From Dimargaris cristalligena (lineage: Eukaryota): 42,002 nt of DNA. Location of the stretch: positions 1-42,002 of the forward strand of contig ML002322.1 in assembly GCA_003614675.1 (NCBI GenBank). Reading direction: 5' to 3'. The notes beneath the pieces are model-generated. The model saw only the letters and a list, made by a program, of their open reading frames with translations. It searched no databases and had not been told where the DNA came from. Below, piece after piece: positions 1 to 13,342 of this stretch (position 1 is its first letter; every line of letters begins with the position of its first letter). The position numbers were made by a program, and so were the translations under genes.

Positions 1-54
1 ATCTATCTTTTCAAATAAAGTTCAGTTTTCAAGGATTTGATTTCAGTTCTTTAC

Positions 55-450
55 AGTGGGCACACTTACTGGTCAGTACAATGGGTGAGTGTATAGAGAG
101 TTTATTGGGTGTAAACTATAGAGGTATGAAATAAGCTGAGAAATTAACTAGTCCCAGTGGGGCACAGTTATTTATACATGGGGGACCACTCATAATAAGA
201 GGTCCTAAGGAGGAAGTAATGAGGACTAAGCAGGGAAAGGAAGGAGGTTGGCCAGGTGTCCCCACTTCTGGGAAACTCTCATGGGAACTAGGGAATTGTT
301 GGATCAGCCAGTTGAGTGTTACATGCAAAGCATTGGGGCCAGTCATAAGGGGTTATACAATAGAAGAGGGGTAATATGGCACTATAAGGCAAGATAGGAC
401 AGGACAATCAATACTTCAGTATTTAGGTGGGATTAGGAGGGCCAACACAT
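55..450 (+). repeat. Degenerate repeat family, copy A (CpG-depleted, probable transposon relic)
   Basis: CACACTTACTGGTCAGTACAATGGGTGAGTGTATAGAGAGTTTATTGGGTGTAAACTAT... aligns by eye to the reverse complement of ~1290-1680 and to 27200-27620. No CpG seen. Boundaries approximate. Confidence 0.8.
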
Positions 451-1289
451 ATTAGAGATAGAAATGAACTATAAATGGGAGGTTAGACTCTAGAGGTATA
501 TATGGGTAGAATTCACCCCTACTGTATATTGTTTTATATGATATATATGTTAGACTGCATCTCCCCCTAAGTACTATTTACTGTATCAGGTATTTTGAGT
601 GATCCTATTAGTTGAAACTACACTCAATAAATACCACTGTGATGAGCTTAATTCTCATTTTGTGGTTCTTTCCTACTTCTATTTATCTTAAAATAAACTT
701 TATCTTTAGTCTATCTTGGATTATAATTGAGAGAATCTGTGGTTACTCCAATAATATATATATAAGAAATTATATGGGAGATTAATTATTAACCAGTAGT
801 ACTTGCATCACCCAATGAAGTTTTTGTTATATAGCCTAGTTGAATCCCTCTTATATTAACATCTTATAATTATATTGTGAAATTGAAAAGAAAATGCCAA
901 CTGGTTATTGGATGAGATATCCCTATTGACTGGAACTTATGCTAATAAGACTAATAGACAGTGTAGCTAAACTAGAAATCACTGGAATTACCTCCTTGAC
1001 AGGAGTATATATTTCAACCTAGTAGTGCTTAGGCTAAGGTGGCTATTTCAACCAACCAAATTAATAATAGTCTCATCTAAAGCCTCTATGTTCTTCACAC
1101 AGCCATTATGGTATTATTAATATAAAATAGTCCAAATTAGTTGCCTTAGCATCAGCCTTTGTCCTATTCTATATCCAAAATATGTGTATATTTATTTACT
1201 TTTTAGTAATCCATTAAATAAAATGGCTAGTATGAATAGGAGGTATTCTCACATTAAATATATATATATATTTGAATGTATTATGTTGG

Positions 1290-1830
1290 CCTGCCTAATC
1301 CTCCCTAAATATGGGAGTACTGATCGTCCTATCTGATCTTGCTTTATTGCACCATATTCCTCTTCCCTTACTATATAACCCACTATGACCAGGCCCCAAT
1401 GCTTCTTACACAATACTCCACCGGCTGATCTAATGTTCCCCCATTCTTAGTGGAGTCTTCCGGACACAAGCCCCCTGGTTGAGGCCCCGACCCTCAACTC
1501 TTCATTAGTCATTCCATTACTCTTAAGGACCCCTCATTATGAGAGGTCCCTGCATATAAATAACCAGGCCCCTCTGGGACTGGTTCAATTCCTTAGCTTA
1601 TTTCTTACCCCCATAGTTTACCTCAATAAACTCCCTATACACTCACCCATTGCATTAGCCAGTAAGTGTACCTGCTGCATGTCCCTTGCATTAGCTGGCA
1701 CTCCTCCTTTATTAGTTAGTACTGATCCCACCCTGATACTAGTAGCCTGCTTGGCCAAGTCTAAAGCCCCACCTACCATTAGAAGCTTATCCCTAGGACT
1801 CTTGACCAACTAAGAGTGGTAAACCTGGGC
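1290..1830 (-). repeat. Degenerate repeat family, copy B (inverted relative to A and C)
   Basis: Reverse complement reads CCAGGTTTACCACTCTTAGTTGGTCAAGAGTCCTAGGGATAAGCTTCTAATGGTAGGTGGGGCT...GCAGCAGGTACACTTACTGG, colinear with 27045-27620. Weaker similarity may extend to ~1970. Confidence 0.85.
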
Positions 1831-3771
1831 AACATATTATATAGTAACATATGTAAATATACAAATTTAACCTGTTTATAAGCAGACACCACCTTAGTTT
1901 GGATTATATAATGGCTGGTACAATCAGCAAGCCCATGTCTACATTAGATAAGAGCTTGTCCCATTCTGTGGCTGGGTAATCCCTATCACAGATGGGTGAG
2001 TGACAACTAGTAATACCCCATTAGGGATAGAGGGGGAGGTAGTTAAAAATGATGTGCATGACAATAGGTGATTATTGTATTGCAATATTTGGGTGGCTAA
2101 AAATGATTTAGGGATATTTGGGGACAACTTCAGTCTACTATTTATGCTATGTTTTAGTAATGGTCTTATTAATTAAGTACTGGACATGGTGATCTGCCAC
2201 TACTCCCATCAAAGTAAACTACAGTTCTAGTGCTGTTACACAGATTTTTTTTGGGGGGGGGAGACAATTCCCTAATTGCTAATATGTATTAGTAATAAGA
2301 TAAAGTGCCATATTTGCGCCTGCCTATTCCCTTTGTTGACAATTCAGATTATGACATGGAACTCAACCATAAGCTATTTGGCATTAAAACCTGACACTGG
2401 GGTATAACTAGGCACAATGGATTGAGACTGTCGCCCAATCCCCTACTTTCAACACCTGATACTGGGGGTTTGGTCATGCCCAAGGTTTCATGACTGGAGG
2501 TATTTTTATATAGAAAAACTTGTTATTTGCAAAGACTATACAGAAAAAGGTCCTACAGTATCAAACCTGTTACACACAAAGATAATTATCCCGGCCAAGA
2601 ATATTAGACCCTAGGCTGTATAAGGCGATATGATTTATATTTGAGGAGATGGATCCAGTTAAATTCCGCCCGGCTGGCTGAACTGCCGATCAGATGGTCG
2701 CAGCAGTCTAGTAATGACACGGACAATTTTCGATGCCATGCTCCTAATAGAAAGAACGAAGCCTTCTGGCCTTTAGCAATATACAATAGCCGTTGATGGT
2801 CCGGGAATTTGCTGATAACTATCCTAGTACAACTAGAAGTATGTAAATCAAGCTACTACGATTTATTTGTTTTTTGGATTTTGGCACCCGTGGTAGTTGG
2901 GACAGGAAATAATAAGTATATATGGTACATAGTTGAATGGCTATTTCGCGCAGCATGGGGTTGAATAATACGCCAGTATCCAAGACTAGTCTTTGCGCTA
3001 TACTATGGTTGGTATAATTATTCCGAACCACACTGTCGCGGCTGAACCGCAGTTATACTTCGGCGGCTTTTTTTTTATTCGAATAGGAATACCACTCCTT
3101 TTTTACCATCGCCTTACCTTCCCCCTGGATCGCGGAGTGTTAACGGAACGGATGTTCAGGCAACTTTCAGTCATATAGAAAATGTTAAAGTCGGCTAACT
3201 AGAAGATAACCATGTGCAGAAGGAGGTAATAAAACCAGTTTAGAATAATCGGGCCTGAATTCCCAGGGTGGCTTCATTAAGGTCTTTAATATGAAAGCAC
3301 ATTCCCTGACGGTGCCACAGCATGTCTTTATTATTATATAGATAATATCCAACCTAACAATATATGACCTAGGATGGCAGAATTAGACGAATCAAGGCGG
3401 GCGATTTTATTTTTGGCCGGGAATGCGTGTCTCATCAATCACAATTTTTCGCTATCTAGTCATAGTGAACCTTGCCCTTAGTATTGGAATACTAAGGTCG
3501 TAAAGGAAATAAAACTGGAAGTAAGGGAAAAAAGCAGCTAGAGGACGATAGGTACCTCTAGGTGGCTAGTTTTATTGAACTGTAATTTCTGTGGGGTGAA
3601 ATATAAGTGGCTAACATGAATGATCTCATGATAGCAGAATAAACTAACGTAATTGGATGAAAATAGGATAAGATAAAGAACACGTAGGAATATATTCTTC
3701 AACACTTAGGTCGGCCTGAAATCCAATTTTATTTGTATGCGTATGGTTAGGCGTAGGAGGGAGGGTAGTTG

Positions 3772-6647
3772 CTAATGCCGATGCTTGCTGGCCGCTTTTT
3801 GGCGCTCCTTTTCCAACCGTAACAGTGTTTTTTCGCGGTCCGATATCCGAGGAATAAACTCTTCTGCTTCATTAATCAATCGGTCGATATTTCGCTGGAT
3901 TGCCGCCGCCGCCTCGTGGTCACCTATCGCCATGAATGCCAAAAAGTAGTCATTCGAGACAAAATGTGTTTTTGTTTTACAGGATATACACAACGGGATG
4001 GAGGGAGGGGTAGCTGTCATTGAGTATTATGAAATGGTCGAATCGAATCGAATCCAATTGGGGTTTTTAAATAATGTCAAAACCAATATAGGAGCAATAA
4101 AAAGTGACAGGCGATTATTACTATTTTTGGATTACTTACTGGGAGCAAAAGTGCGGCGCATCCCCACGAGGGCAATATCTTTCGTCGACGGAATCCTGAG
4201 GTTCTCCGTACTTATTTCGTACCCACACTGGGTCATGATATCCTTCACGTAGTCCACGTAAGTTTGGAACCGGGTCTGGCCCGGCCGGGTACGGGTGAAT
4301 TTCCGGCCCGCCAAGTCGTACCGACAGCAGGGGATGAGTATGATTTTGGAATGGTAGATCCCAGAGCGGGCCGCCATGATCGGAATCCAGGGGATCAGCT
4401 CATCAGCGTGGTTGCCGACGAGCCATTCGGCGGAGGCAAAGTGGGTCGTCGGAGGGGATAGCGTCTGGGCTTCGAGGTGTGTGGTCGGGCCGTAGAGAGA
4501 CCAGACTTTGCGTTCGCTTTGGTCGATGCCGTAGCCTGGGATCCCTTCGCTTGTAAGTAAGTGGACGAGAAATCCGTTACCGCAGCCCAGGTCCACGTAT
4601 TTGGTGGGGAATCTGGGGCCATTTGGAAGTGTAAATATAATAAAAAAGCCGAAACAAAGGAGGTAAGGATTTGGGGCCAAATATTTAACCACCTAAATAG
4701 GACGGTCTCGGAGTATATAGCACGGCGTAAAGGTCCCAAGGGCCCAATACCGGTATCTGAGTTCCCACCTTTATCGTTAAAATTAGACCTAGTAAGCTAC
4801 TTACGAACGCTCGCTGGGATACCGCTGCCATATTCCCAATAGCCAGCTGGCAATGCTAATGTCCTCGGGTATAAATTTTTGGGCATCCGTTTTTTCGGGC
4901 CAAGCCTGGACCCAGTGGTTAGCGTATTTGGCTTTAAGGGACGCCCGGATCTCCCGGTACGTGTCGTGGTCCAACAGCACGTCATAGTGGGTCCGTTTGC
5001 GGTACCCGCCGGTCAAGTGGGAGATGCTCCACTTGTTGAGTTTGGTCAACAAACTGAGCCAGTAGGATGCTTCCTTGTGGGTCATGGAAAAGTGGGCCAG
5101 GTCCGTGATTTGGAACTCAATGCTTAGCGTACCGATCATGGGCGGTCTGTACGGAAAGAAGAACCGATGGTTGCGAAAGAACGATTATAGGAAATAGGTA
5201 CCAGTGAGATTTTCGGCTTAAACTTAGTATAAGGTATGTAAATATCGGAAAGTCGAATCAATACAATTTTAGGGTAATGGTACCTAAGCCGGTGATCTGA
5301 ATAGTGTTTTAAAATAAAATATGTGGTGGTTGAATGTATGTGCGAATGACTTACAAATGATCAATATCCTCGGTAACGTCTGGCTGAGAGTCACAACTAC
5401 TCGAATCGGGGGCAAGTCTTCGGTAAACAAAGGCAAACGACGATACCTAGATATCACAATATAACAACAAATTGGCAGGGGAGTGGTTATGAAATTCTAC
5501 GGTTAAAACCACGAATGGAGCTGCAGATGGCCGTATGGGACGCATGTGAGCACTTCTTATTCGTTCGCCCCAGTAGCAAAAGTATAGAACTCGGTCATTT
5601 CCTTCTAAAGGTAAAACAAGCGAGAATGATCCAAACAGAATACTAGGGACGTACCTTGGGATAAAAGAAGGGTAGTTGTTGCAGATCTCGATTTTCAGGA
5701 GGTAAGTTGGGCGAGAAATGGGTGCGGGATTCTGAGTATGAATGGAGGTTATTCAGTAGTATATTAATTAATTAACATAACTCTATTTAATTAAGGTGCC
5801 TACCCTGTAAGGAAAGTACTGAATTTCGCCGATCATCAGCAGAGTTCATTATAGGCTTATCTACAAGACGAATTTGGGTCATCCGGTTCTCGTTTATCCC
5901 TATACCTATACTATACTTACCGTGCTCGCCGACTAGAATTTCGACGGTTTCGTTCACTACATTATCCTTGGTGATCCGTTTAGGGTTTAGATTTCGAACT
6001 AGGCGACGGACAACCTGTAGGGTTTCGGGGGGTTGTGACCCGTATATCAGAGGTGCTGTACCAAGGGCCTGGCTGCCCGGTGCTGAGGTTTCATCCGCTT
6101 GGACAATAGCCTTATCCACTGGCGGGATCACCAATTGGGGTTCTACAATCCAGCGGTCCTATCGAAATATTTCGTCGGTATTTATAGGGTTCAAAATAGC
6201 GCTTAGTCCGGAGGGTTAGTTAGGACCATTTTCACCTGGTGGCTTTGCTGGCATGTTGCTAGCTCCACCGGGCTCCTCGCCGGGAGGTCAGGGCTCGTGT
6301 TTTCTAGCAGTACACTAATATATGCTTGCCATTTTTATATATTGTTGTTTAATGTCTGAGTAGACGTAGGGGCCTCCCTTCCTATAACTTACCATGACCT
6401 GTTGGAAGTGACTCGCACTAACCGGGGTTGGGCAAGTCAGGTACGAGTACCAATTGAGTTGGTTTATACTTTTGCACGGCACCGTTGGGGACCACTGGGT
6501 GGGTTTGACACCGGCCTTAGCGTCTTCCGTCTCGGGCTCTGGGCACCCAACCCGCCGTTGAACAACCAGCGGTCGGAATTGTTTAATAAGGGCATTTCGG
6601 TAGGCCTCCTGGGCGGCGTCGGACGACGGGTTAGCTGGGGTCGCCAT
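3772..6647 (-). CDS. TRM44: tRNA(Ser) Um44 2'-O-methyltransferase, 7 exons (6647-6393, 6158-5921, 5731-5655, 5446-5355, 5146-4805, 4612-4140, 3923-3772), ~542 aa
   Basis: Motifs WPEKTDAQKFIPEDISIASWL, YVDLGCGNGFLVHLL, WLVGNHADELIPWIP, IPCC and LRIPSTKDIALVG are typical of Trm44. All introns are GT(AAGT/ACGT)...AG and exon phases join into one frame. Confidence 0.92.
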
Positions 6648-7713
6648 GGGGTAAAGCCGCGGCAGAAATAGTCGGATAGCCAAAGGAAATGGGGTAAAAG
6701 ACCGTGGGTTCCAGCGGTGAATGAGTAAGTACATGCGACCAGTACATGTAAGGGAGAGGAAATCCGACAAGTAGTAGGGTGTGGGGGTATTGTAAGTGTG
6801 ATTGGGGTGCATCCACGGGCTGGGTTGCCAACGGGGAAAGGGAATGCAGCAGTTAGCTAGAGGCCTCACCTTGGCTCACTCAACCCGCCTCTTGTGCTAC
6901 CGAATTACGGGAGAGCGACTTCCCCGTAGCTCTTAGTTTATTTCTTTAATTTTTTTCGGCGGCGCTTCGTAAAGTGGTGAACCAACGAGGTCGCTCACTC
7001 ATTCCTTCAGTTCGGAAGCTCCTATTTGCTCCCTGTCGCTGCTTCCCTTCCCAACCCTCCTATTCGAAACCTTATTAGTCCGGTTTAAACCGGAGCTCCT
7101 TCAACAGGTCAGACACCACCCCACCTTAGTAAGTCTGCTTCAACCACCGCCGCTTTGTCCCTTTTTGGGAAGCCTTAATTTACGCATATTAGCCATTTCC
7201 CCGCCTGGACTCGCGATAGATTAGCAAATTAATCTGAGGTGGAGGAAAGATACGGGGAGAAGCAGCGAGTAGATTAGGTGGGGGGAGACCCCCACGTGAC
7301 CCACATTGACCAGTAGTATTATTATCTCTCTTGCCCCAAAGCCCCACCAACCCCAATCCAGTCCCCGCAACTGGCCCTCTCTCTCTGGGTCTCCCGGCGC
7401 TGGCTCTCCGGAGACGAGAAGAGGCGAGGCAGCTGCTGCCGAACCACAAGGACTGCGAAATGCAATTATAGTGAAAGGGGGCAACAAGGCCTGGAATTCC
7501 ACCTCTCTTGTTAAGCAAGGTTTCACCCCACGCTATCTATCTGTTTATGACTCAGTCTCGTTTCTAACAAAGTGTCTTCATTATACCTATTGTTGTTTGC
7601 TTTTCCATATCTATTCTCCTTCCTTGAATCAACCGCTTTACTTATCTGACTTTCCTCGCCTGTGCTGGAATCTAAGCCCCCCTCTCGTTGATCCCACCCG
7701 AACAGTCACTGTC

Positions 7714-8827
7714 ATGTCGGCTACCCTGACTAGAATCGGTCGCAACACCGTCCAGCACGCCTCCAAAGTAAGGCGGTCTTCTGACCCTCACGAATTCTAG
7801 GGCTCTAAGAAGGAGCGGTATGCCCCTGCGGGGACTCCTCTCGATTCAGCCTTATAATACAGTACCTATATTCCATGTACCGCCGCTTGACGTTCCCCCT
7901 CCCCCTGTAGTACCTTCTTCATGGACTGACTAGTTCTTTCTTATGGTATCCATTTCAAAAAAAATATGTTCCCTCCCCCACCTTTGTAAAAAAAAACACT
8001 CTTCTATCCAGGCTACCTGGACCCGGTCGCTGGTGACCGCCACGCAACCCACCCAGGCCTCTCCGGTCGATACCCCCGCCGCCGAAACGACGACCCCGTT
8101 GGTGGGCGAGCAACCCCTCAACAAGACCTTCTCCATCTACCGCTGGAACCCCGAAACGCCCAACGCCAAGCCCCACATGCAGGACTACACCATTGACCTT
8201 AATTCGTGCGGCCCCATGATGCTGGACGCCCTGTTGAAGATCAAGAACGAAATTGACCCTTCGCTCACGCTGCGCCGTTCCTGCCGGGAGGGTATTTGCG
8301 GTTCTTGCGCCATGAACATCAACGGCGCCAACACTCTGGCCTGCCTGTGCAAAATCGACCGTTCTGCGATCACCAAGCCCGACAAAATCTACCCGTTGCC
8401 GCACATGTACGTCATCAAGGATTTGGTTCCCGACATGACTTATTTCTACAAACAGTACAAGAGTATCCAGCCTTACCTGCAGTACAAGACGCCCCCTTCG
8501 CCGACCCAGGAGAACCTGCAGAGTATCGCGGAACGTAAGAAGCTGGACGGCCTGTACGAATGCATTCTGTGCGCGTGCTGCTCGACGTCGTGCCCCAGCT
8601 ACTGGTGGAATCAGGACGAGTACCTGGGACCCGCGGTGCTCCTCCAGTCGTACCGCTGGATGGCCGATAGTCGTGACCAGTTCGGCCCCGAACGCCGGGC
8701 TCGTCTGCAGAATGCCTTCAGTGTGTACCGCTGCCACACCATCATGAACTGCACGCGTACTTGCCCCAAGGGTCTGAACCCCGGTCTGGCGATTGCCGAA
8801 ATTAAGAAGAAGATGGCCTTTGAGTAA
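7714..8827 (+). CDS. SDH2: Succinate dehydrogenase iron-sulfur subunit, mitochondrial; exons 7714-7767 and 8012-8827 (~289 aa)
   Basis: [16 protein letters not shown] (2Fe-2S), [18 protein letters not shown] and [17 protein letters not shown] cluster motifs. Exon 1 [18 protein letters not shown] resembles a presequence. Phase-0 GTAAGG...CAG intron. Confidence 0.97.
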
Positions 8828-10496
8828 GCCCTCTCTAATGCCTGACCATGGCATCCACTATCTCTACTACCACCACCATTACCATCACCACTTTGCTCCG
8901 CGTATCTGACCTTCCTTGGGTGTGTCTCGTCTAGAGATGCGAAGGAAGATGCTGGACTCGGCTTCTTCATCCTCAGCTTCTTTGTCTTTTCGCAGTGTAT
9001 CTTCCTTGATTTGGTGATGTGCCATTTTAAATAATATTATCCTCCTTTTCACGCATGTGTCCTACTCGATGCCTACCACGCCTGTCCCTTTTTAAGTAAT
9101 TCAGTATATACCTAGTTGATGAATGGGCCCATCCCTTCCTTCATTTAGGAAAATGCTGGCTCAGTGGTTGAAGCAATCGAATGCGGATGATGAGGAATTA
9201 TACTTACTATTCTACAAACCCCCCCTCCTTATTTATATAGACCGATTATATGTCCAATGAAAAATACCTTCTTGAATGATGATACCCGGGGGGCCTTTGA
9301 TCTTGTGGAGTCAGCTGGGTGGTTTATTATGCGGTTAAGGTTACCGTTGGGCATGTAGTAGACGGAGTCGGAATGTATATTTACCATAGTGAAGACTGGA
9401 TTGGGATCTGGTGCCACTTACCCCGGCTTTTATCTTTGCTGCACTGCATTTTCATCGATGGGGATCGGATTGCAATGGCTGGCATTGGGTAGGTTCGGGA
9501 CTTAAGGCTATATGTGGGCAGACTCATTAATTAACGAAGGGCTGATCCCGTCCCTTGAATTATTCTGACAGATGACGGGTGAAGGAGAGGATGGTAATGT
9601 GTACTTATGCATGTCTGTACGTATGATGTACTGTTATTGATAGGGAAGAGGGGGGGATGGTGGCTACTATAGGAGGGGGCATATTTGATAAGGGTAAATC
9701 AAAGGCATTATTGTGGGGAACGAGGAGTAGAATAGTCTAACCAATGGGGGGAGTCACATGGAAGTGGCCTATTATAAATCCTGTGCGGAGAGAAAAGAAA
9801 ATCCGGTATTATATTTTCACGTGCGCAAGATATGCTATGCGATTAGGCAGAGGCCATAGATACAGCATAGTATAGTAGAGTAATAGTTGTAAGTCCTCGT
9901 TTTCGACGAAAGATCCCAAATCGATCCGCTACAGAAGAGGAGGGCAGAGCCAAAGCAAAAAAAGGAGCAGCGGGAGGCTCCGTCAGATGTGAGGCAGTCT
10001 ACCGCAAGGCCCTGCCGAGTGGATTGTGGGGAATTGACTACTCCTCTACTACCCTCCATAGAGAAATATATCCGGTAATTATAAAATATAGTTCAACGCC
10101 TATTGCTTGGTTTTATTCGTCACTTACCCTTACCGTACCACCAGCAAGTCCGCCCCGTATTCACCAACTCCGGCGACCCAGTCGATACGATATTCGTTGG
10201 GGCGTTTTCCTTCTCCTCCCGAGATTCCTTCGCCATTCTTCCTCTTCGCCTGGTTGACAACGACCTGGCCAAACTCTTACTCAATTAGTCTTTTATCCAA
10301 CCCTCTATATAGTCTATTCGGCTTGGTGCCTGTCGCTACACTATAGCCGTCTCAAGGAAACTGTCGGCAGTATTGTCATACTTAAGGTCACTCCACAGCT
10401 CTGCTTTGGTGGGTGTATCCTGCCGTACTTCCCCATTCCCTACTTTTCTTTTTCTTCTTAAAAAAATCGCCTCATTCTTACGCAGCCTATCCGCCA

Positions 10497-11794
10497 TGGT
10501 GTTCTTCACCCCTGTAAGCTACCTGGTCGACATGACCCACCGGGTATTCCCCTTGAGTGAGGCCGTCACCTCCCGCCTACCGTTCGTCTCGACCTTCATC
10601 ACTACTACCACCACCACCTCCTCCTCCTCCTCTTCCCCCGCCCTCCCGGCCCGTCCCTCCGAGGCCCCGAAACCGCTTTTCGTTCCCGGTAAAGTGGAGG
10701 CAGCCGTAACGGTTGCCCTGGAAGCCGTGCATAAAGACTCGGAGGGGGCCCGGGACGTGGCTCTCCAGCTGTACCTGGTGGCCCTCGAAAGTCTGGCCCA
10801 AGCTATCCAGCCGGGACAGCAGGATATTCTTCCGGCCACTCACCTAGCCCGGGGTATTTCGGCACTACAGCCATCGCCATCGTCCACGCCGGTGTATGCG
10901 TCCGCCGGTTCAAACCGCCGGGGTCCGTGGCAGCGTAGGGTCGCCGACTCCCCCGAACCGGCAGTTTCCCCCGCACCCAACGACCCCACCCCGGCAGCTC
11001 TGGCCTTCGTGGGGGGTCTTTTTTATCATTTATTAACCCTTCCTACCACCCTGGGCCAACGCTGGTTATTATCGTCCTCCACCGCTACTTCTACTTCTAC
11101 TACTACTATCCCAACACCCCTGACTACATGCCCTCCTAGGGCCACCTGGATCGATATCACCGGCGAGCAGGAGAGTGTTTCTGCGGGATCTCTGAGTTCG
11201 GAGGAAGAGTCAACGGCAGTAGGTGCGTACGATGATATCCCGTACGCTAGTAGGAGGTGTATTGGTAATCACCGGAGGCGTGGGGGAAAGTCCCGCTGGG
11301 TGCATGCCGGCGGAGAAGAGGAGATGGTAGACGGGGACGACTCCCCCCCCGTGGAAGGGGAAGCCGGGTGGTGGTCGGATCCTGAATCCGAACCACTGTC
11401 CGACCGGTCGTCGTCCCAGCGGCAGTGGCAGTGGCGGTCAGCAACCACCCCTTCGACTCCCGTCCGGTCACTCGGGGACCGGTGTATCTCCCTCGCCCAA
11501 CAGATTGCCATCACCCTCAAACGCTCCCCCATCCCGACCCTGGTGGCCGCCCTGATTCAGTTTACGCTCCAAGTCATCCGGACCGTGGACCAGCATGTGG
11601 AGTTTCGGCAGCGCCTCTGGGAATGGACCAAAATGGTGTTGGTGCTGCTGCTGGAATGGGAACGCCGTTATCTAGTGCATCAGCGACTGGGTCAGTCCGT
11701 GACCGTGCTGACGACGGCCGTGGTGAGAGCGGTGATTGCTTATCGGGAGACGCAGCCCTACTACACCGTCAGGCCCCAGCGTACTCCGTCCTAG
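10497..11794 (+). CDS. Hypothetical protein with MIT-like helical segment, disordered middle and conserved-looking helical C-terminus
   Basis: Long ORF with coding-like codon bias. AAVTVALEAVHKDSEGARDVALQLYLVALE resembles the MIT signature (A..AV..D..G....A...Y..A). Start placed at the first ATG (10497). Confidence 0.7.
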
Positions 11795-12315
11795 CATGAT
11801 TGGATGCACCCTTTTCTTCCATTGTTTCATTTCATTTTGATTTTTGGTTATTTTTCTTATGGTAAGAAAAGTGGGAGAAATAGATACCATCTTCTGGCAG
11901 CCTTCTATTTTATATTTCTTGTATATACATGTTCGGTGTAGTAACCGGAACCCTCATGCAATTGGCTGCCGTGGCATCAAGCCCAACTGTTAATAAAATT
12001 CTTCGGGAGACAACTACATCCCTCCACTTCGGCACTATCAGCTGTTGCACCGTATCTATTAGGTTTTTTTTTTCAAACGCTAAACCGCGACAGTATAATA
12101 TAGAAGCGAGTTCGATTCCATAGATCCAGGAGGTATCTTCAATGCTGAAACGGCTACATGGGCATTATAGGGTGCGCGTAGTTAAATATAAATGGGTGAT
12201 GGTAATAGTGGACGAGTGACTATTATACAGACCATGTGAATTACAATAGAAGCACATACATGGGAGGAAACATGGAGGAGGTCCTTGGTGGGCGGGGTAG
12301 CCCAACATCATCCGA

Positions 12316-13290
12316 TTAGAAAGACCACAGATAGGTTGTCAACATACCCATGGCTAGAGTAAACCAGTCGTCACCATTCCCGGCAGGTTTGACGGGCTGC
12401 GCTAGATGGGGTAGAATTTCCTTTTGAAACAGCTCATCGTTGTGTGCCAAGTGCTCACCGGGGAACTCCAGAAACACCAATTTATCGGCCTCATGCAGGG
12501 TTCGCAGACCCAAGTGGTCCTGTTTGTAGTGTTCGGAGCTCCGCAGGGGTACCGTGCGCTCCGCTTCGATGGTCGCGAACCAAGCGGATTCCTTAGGTAC
12601 GATCATGGTATCGTTCATATACTGCACCATGACCCATTTATTCAGGGCCACGAGTCGTGGTTTGTACGCGGGGTTATGGGCCGGAAGTTCGAGGTTGATA
12701 TCGGGCAAAAACACATTAGCAGTCCGGTATTCCGCGAGACGGGCGGGGTCTTTAAAGTACTGGGCCTGCACCACATGGTCCCGGAAATACCAGGCGTAGG
12801 CGCGACCCTTCAGCTGGCCGAATATTTTGGTACACCACCACCCGTCGTTGTGACACTGCGGCGGCGCGGCAATACCACCGTGCGGGGACCCCAGGGTGAC
12901 TAAATTATGTATAGGGGCGCCGGAACAGCGCTGCAAGTAGGCGCGGAGAAATAGACCGCCCTGGGAAAAGCCGAGGGCATTGAAGCCGTGTTGGAGCTCG
13001 GGGATGGTGCGTAGTGTCTCGCAGACCTGGTCGACTTGGTCGGTGACGCGGCCGAAGAAGGAGGCCGACTGGTCCGAGGATTCGTCAGTGCCGAGGGCGA
13101 TGAGGTGGACAAAGGCGCGGGGGATGAGTCGTTGGAGGTCTTGTTTGAGGGTGAGCATGGACCGGTTGGTGTAGGCGGAATCGCCCATTCCATGCCATAC
13201 GACAATTGGGACGCTGGGGGTGGCGGTGGTCAGTAGAGTGGCCGTGCCCAGAAGGGCGGCGAGAGCAGGTAGGACGAAACGGGATTTCAT
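12316..13290 (-). CDS. PPT1: Palmitoyl-protein thioesterase 1 (secretory/vacuolar alpha/beta hydrolase)
   Basis: Signal peptide MKSRFVLPALAALLGTATLL; PIVVWHGMGDS, GFSQGGLFLR (catalytic Ser), LGSPHGG, VVQAQYFKDP, DTMIVPKESAWF (Asp), GEHL (His). Confidence 0.93.
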   Translation of the reverse strand: MKSRFVLPALAALLGTATLLTTATPSVPIVVWHGMGDSAYTNRSMLTLKQDLQRLIPRAFVHLIALGTDESSDQSASFFGRVTDQVDQVCETLRTIPELQHGFNALGFSQGGLFLRAYLQRCSGAPIHNLVTLGSPHGGIAAPPQCHNDGWWCTKIFGQLKGRAYAWYFRDHVVQAQYFKDPARLAEYRTANVFLPDINLELPAHNPAYKPRLVALNKWVMVQYMNDTMIVPKESAWFATIEAERTVPLRSSEHYKQDHLGLRTLHEADKLVFLEFPGEHLAHNDELFQKEILPHLAQPVKPAGNGDDWFTLAMGMLTTYLWSF

Positions 13291-13321
13291 AGTGGACAGG
13301 GGAAGAATCGTTTTGCTAAAG

Positions 13322-13342
13322 TATATATATATATATATATAT
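13322..13342. repeat. (TA)n microsatellite about 30 nt upstream of the PPT1 ATG
   Basis: TATATATATATATATATATAT read directly. Confidence 0.9.

Larger units (their letters stand above)
1..2280. mobile_element. AT-rich, CpG-depleted degraded transposon region (family not identifiable)
   Basis: About four CG dinucleotides counted in ~2.3 kb, no intact ORF, contains two copies of a dispersed repeat. Confidence 0.6.

Noticed and set aside
7293-7300. CACGTG E-box/CLEAR-like sites (also ~9818, 34814, 39161)
   Set aside because: The number seen is no more than chance expectation for a hexamer in 42 kb.
7695-7845. Iron-responsive element or riboswitch near the SDH2 start/intron (small hairpins)
   Set aside because: No CAGUGN loop on the sense strand and no TPP aptamer motifs; stems are short.
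7955-8854. 299-aa antisense ORF over SDH2, and similar antisense ORFs over other genes
   Set aside because: Codon-aligned shadow ORFs expected from strong GC3 bias; no protein-like motifs.
10120-10240. Possible - strand first exon MAKESREEKENAP... ending at a GTAAGT donor
   Set aside because: No convincing downstream exon; more simply the pyrimidine-rich leader of the + strand gene.
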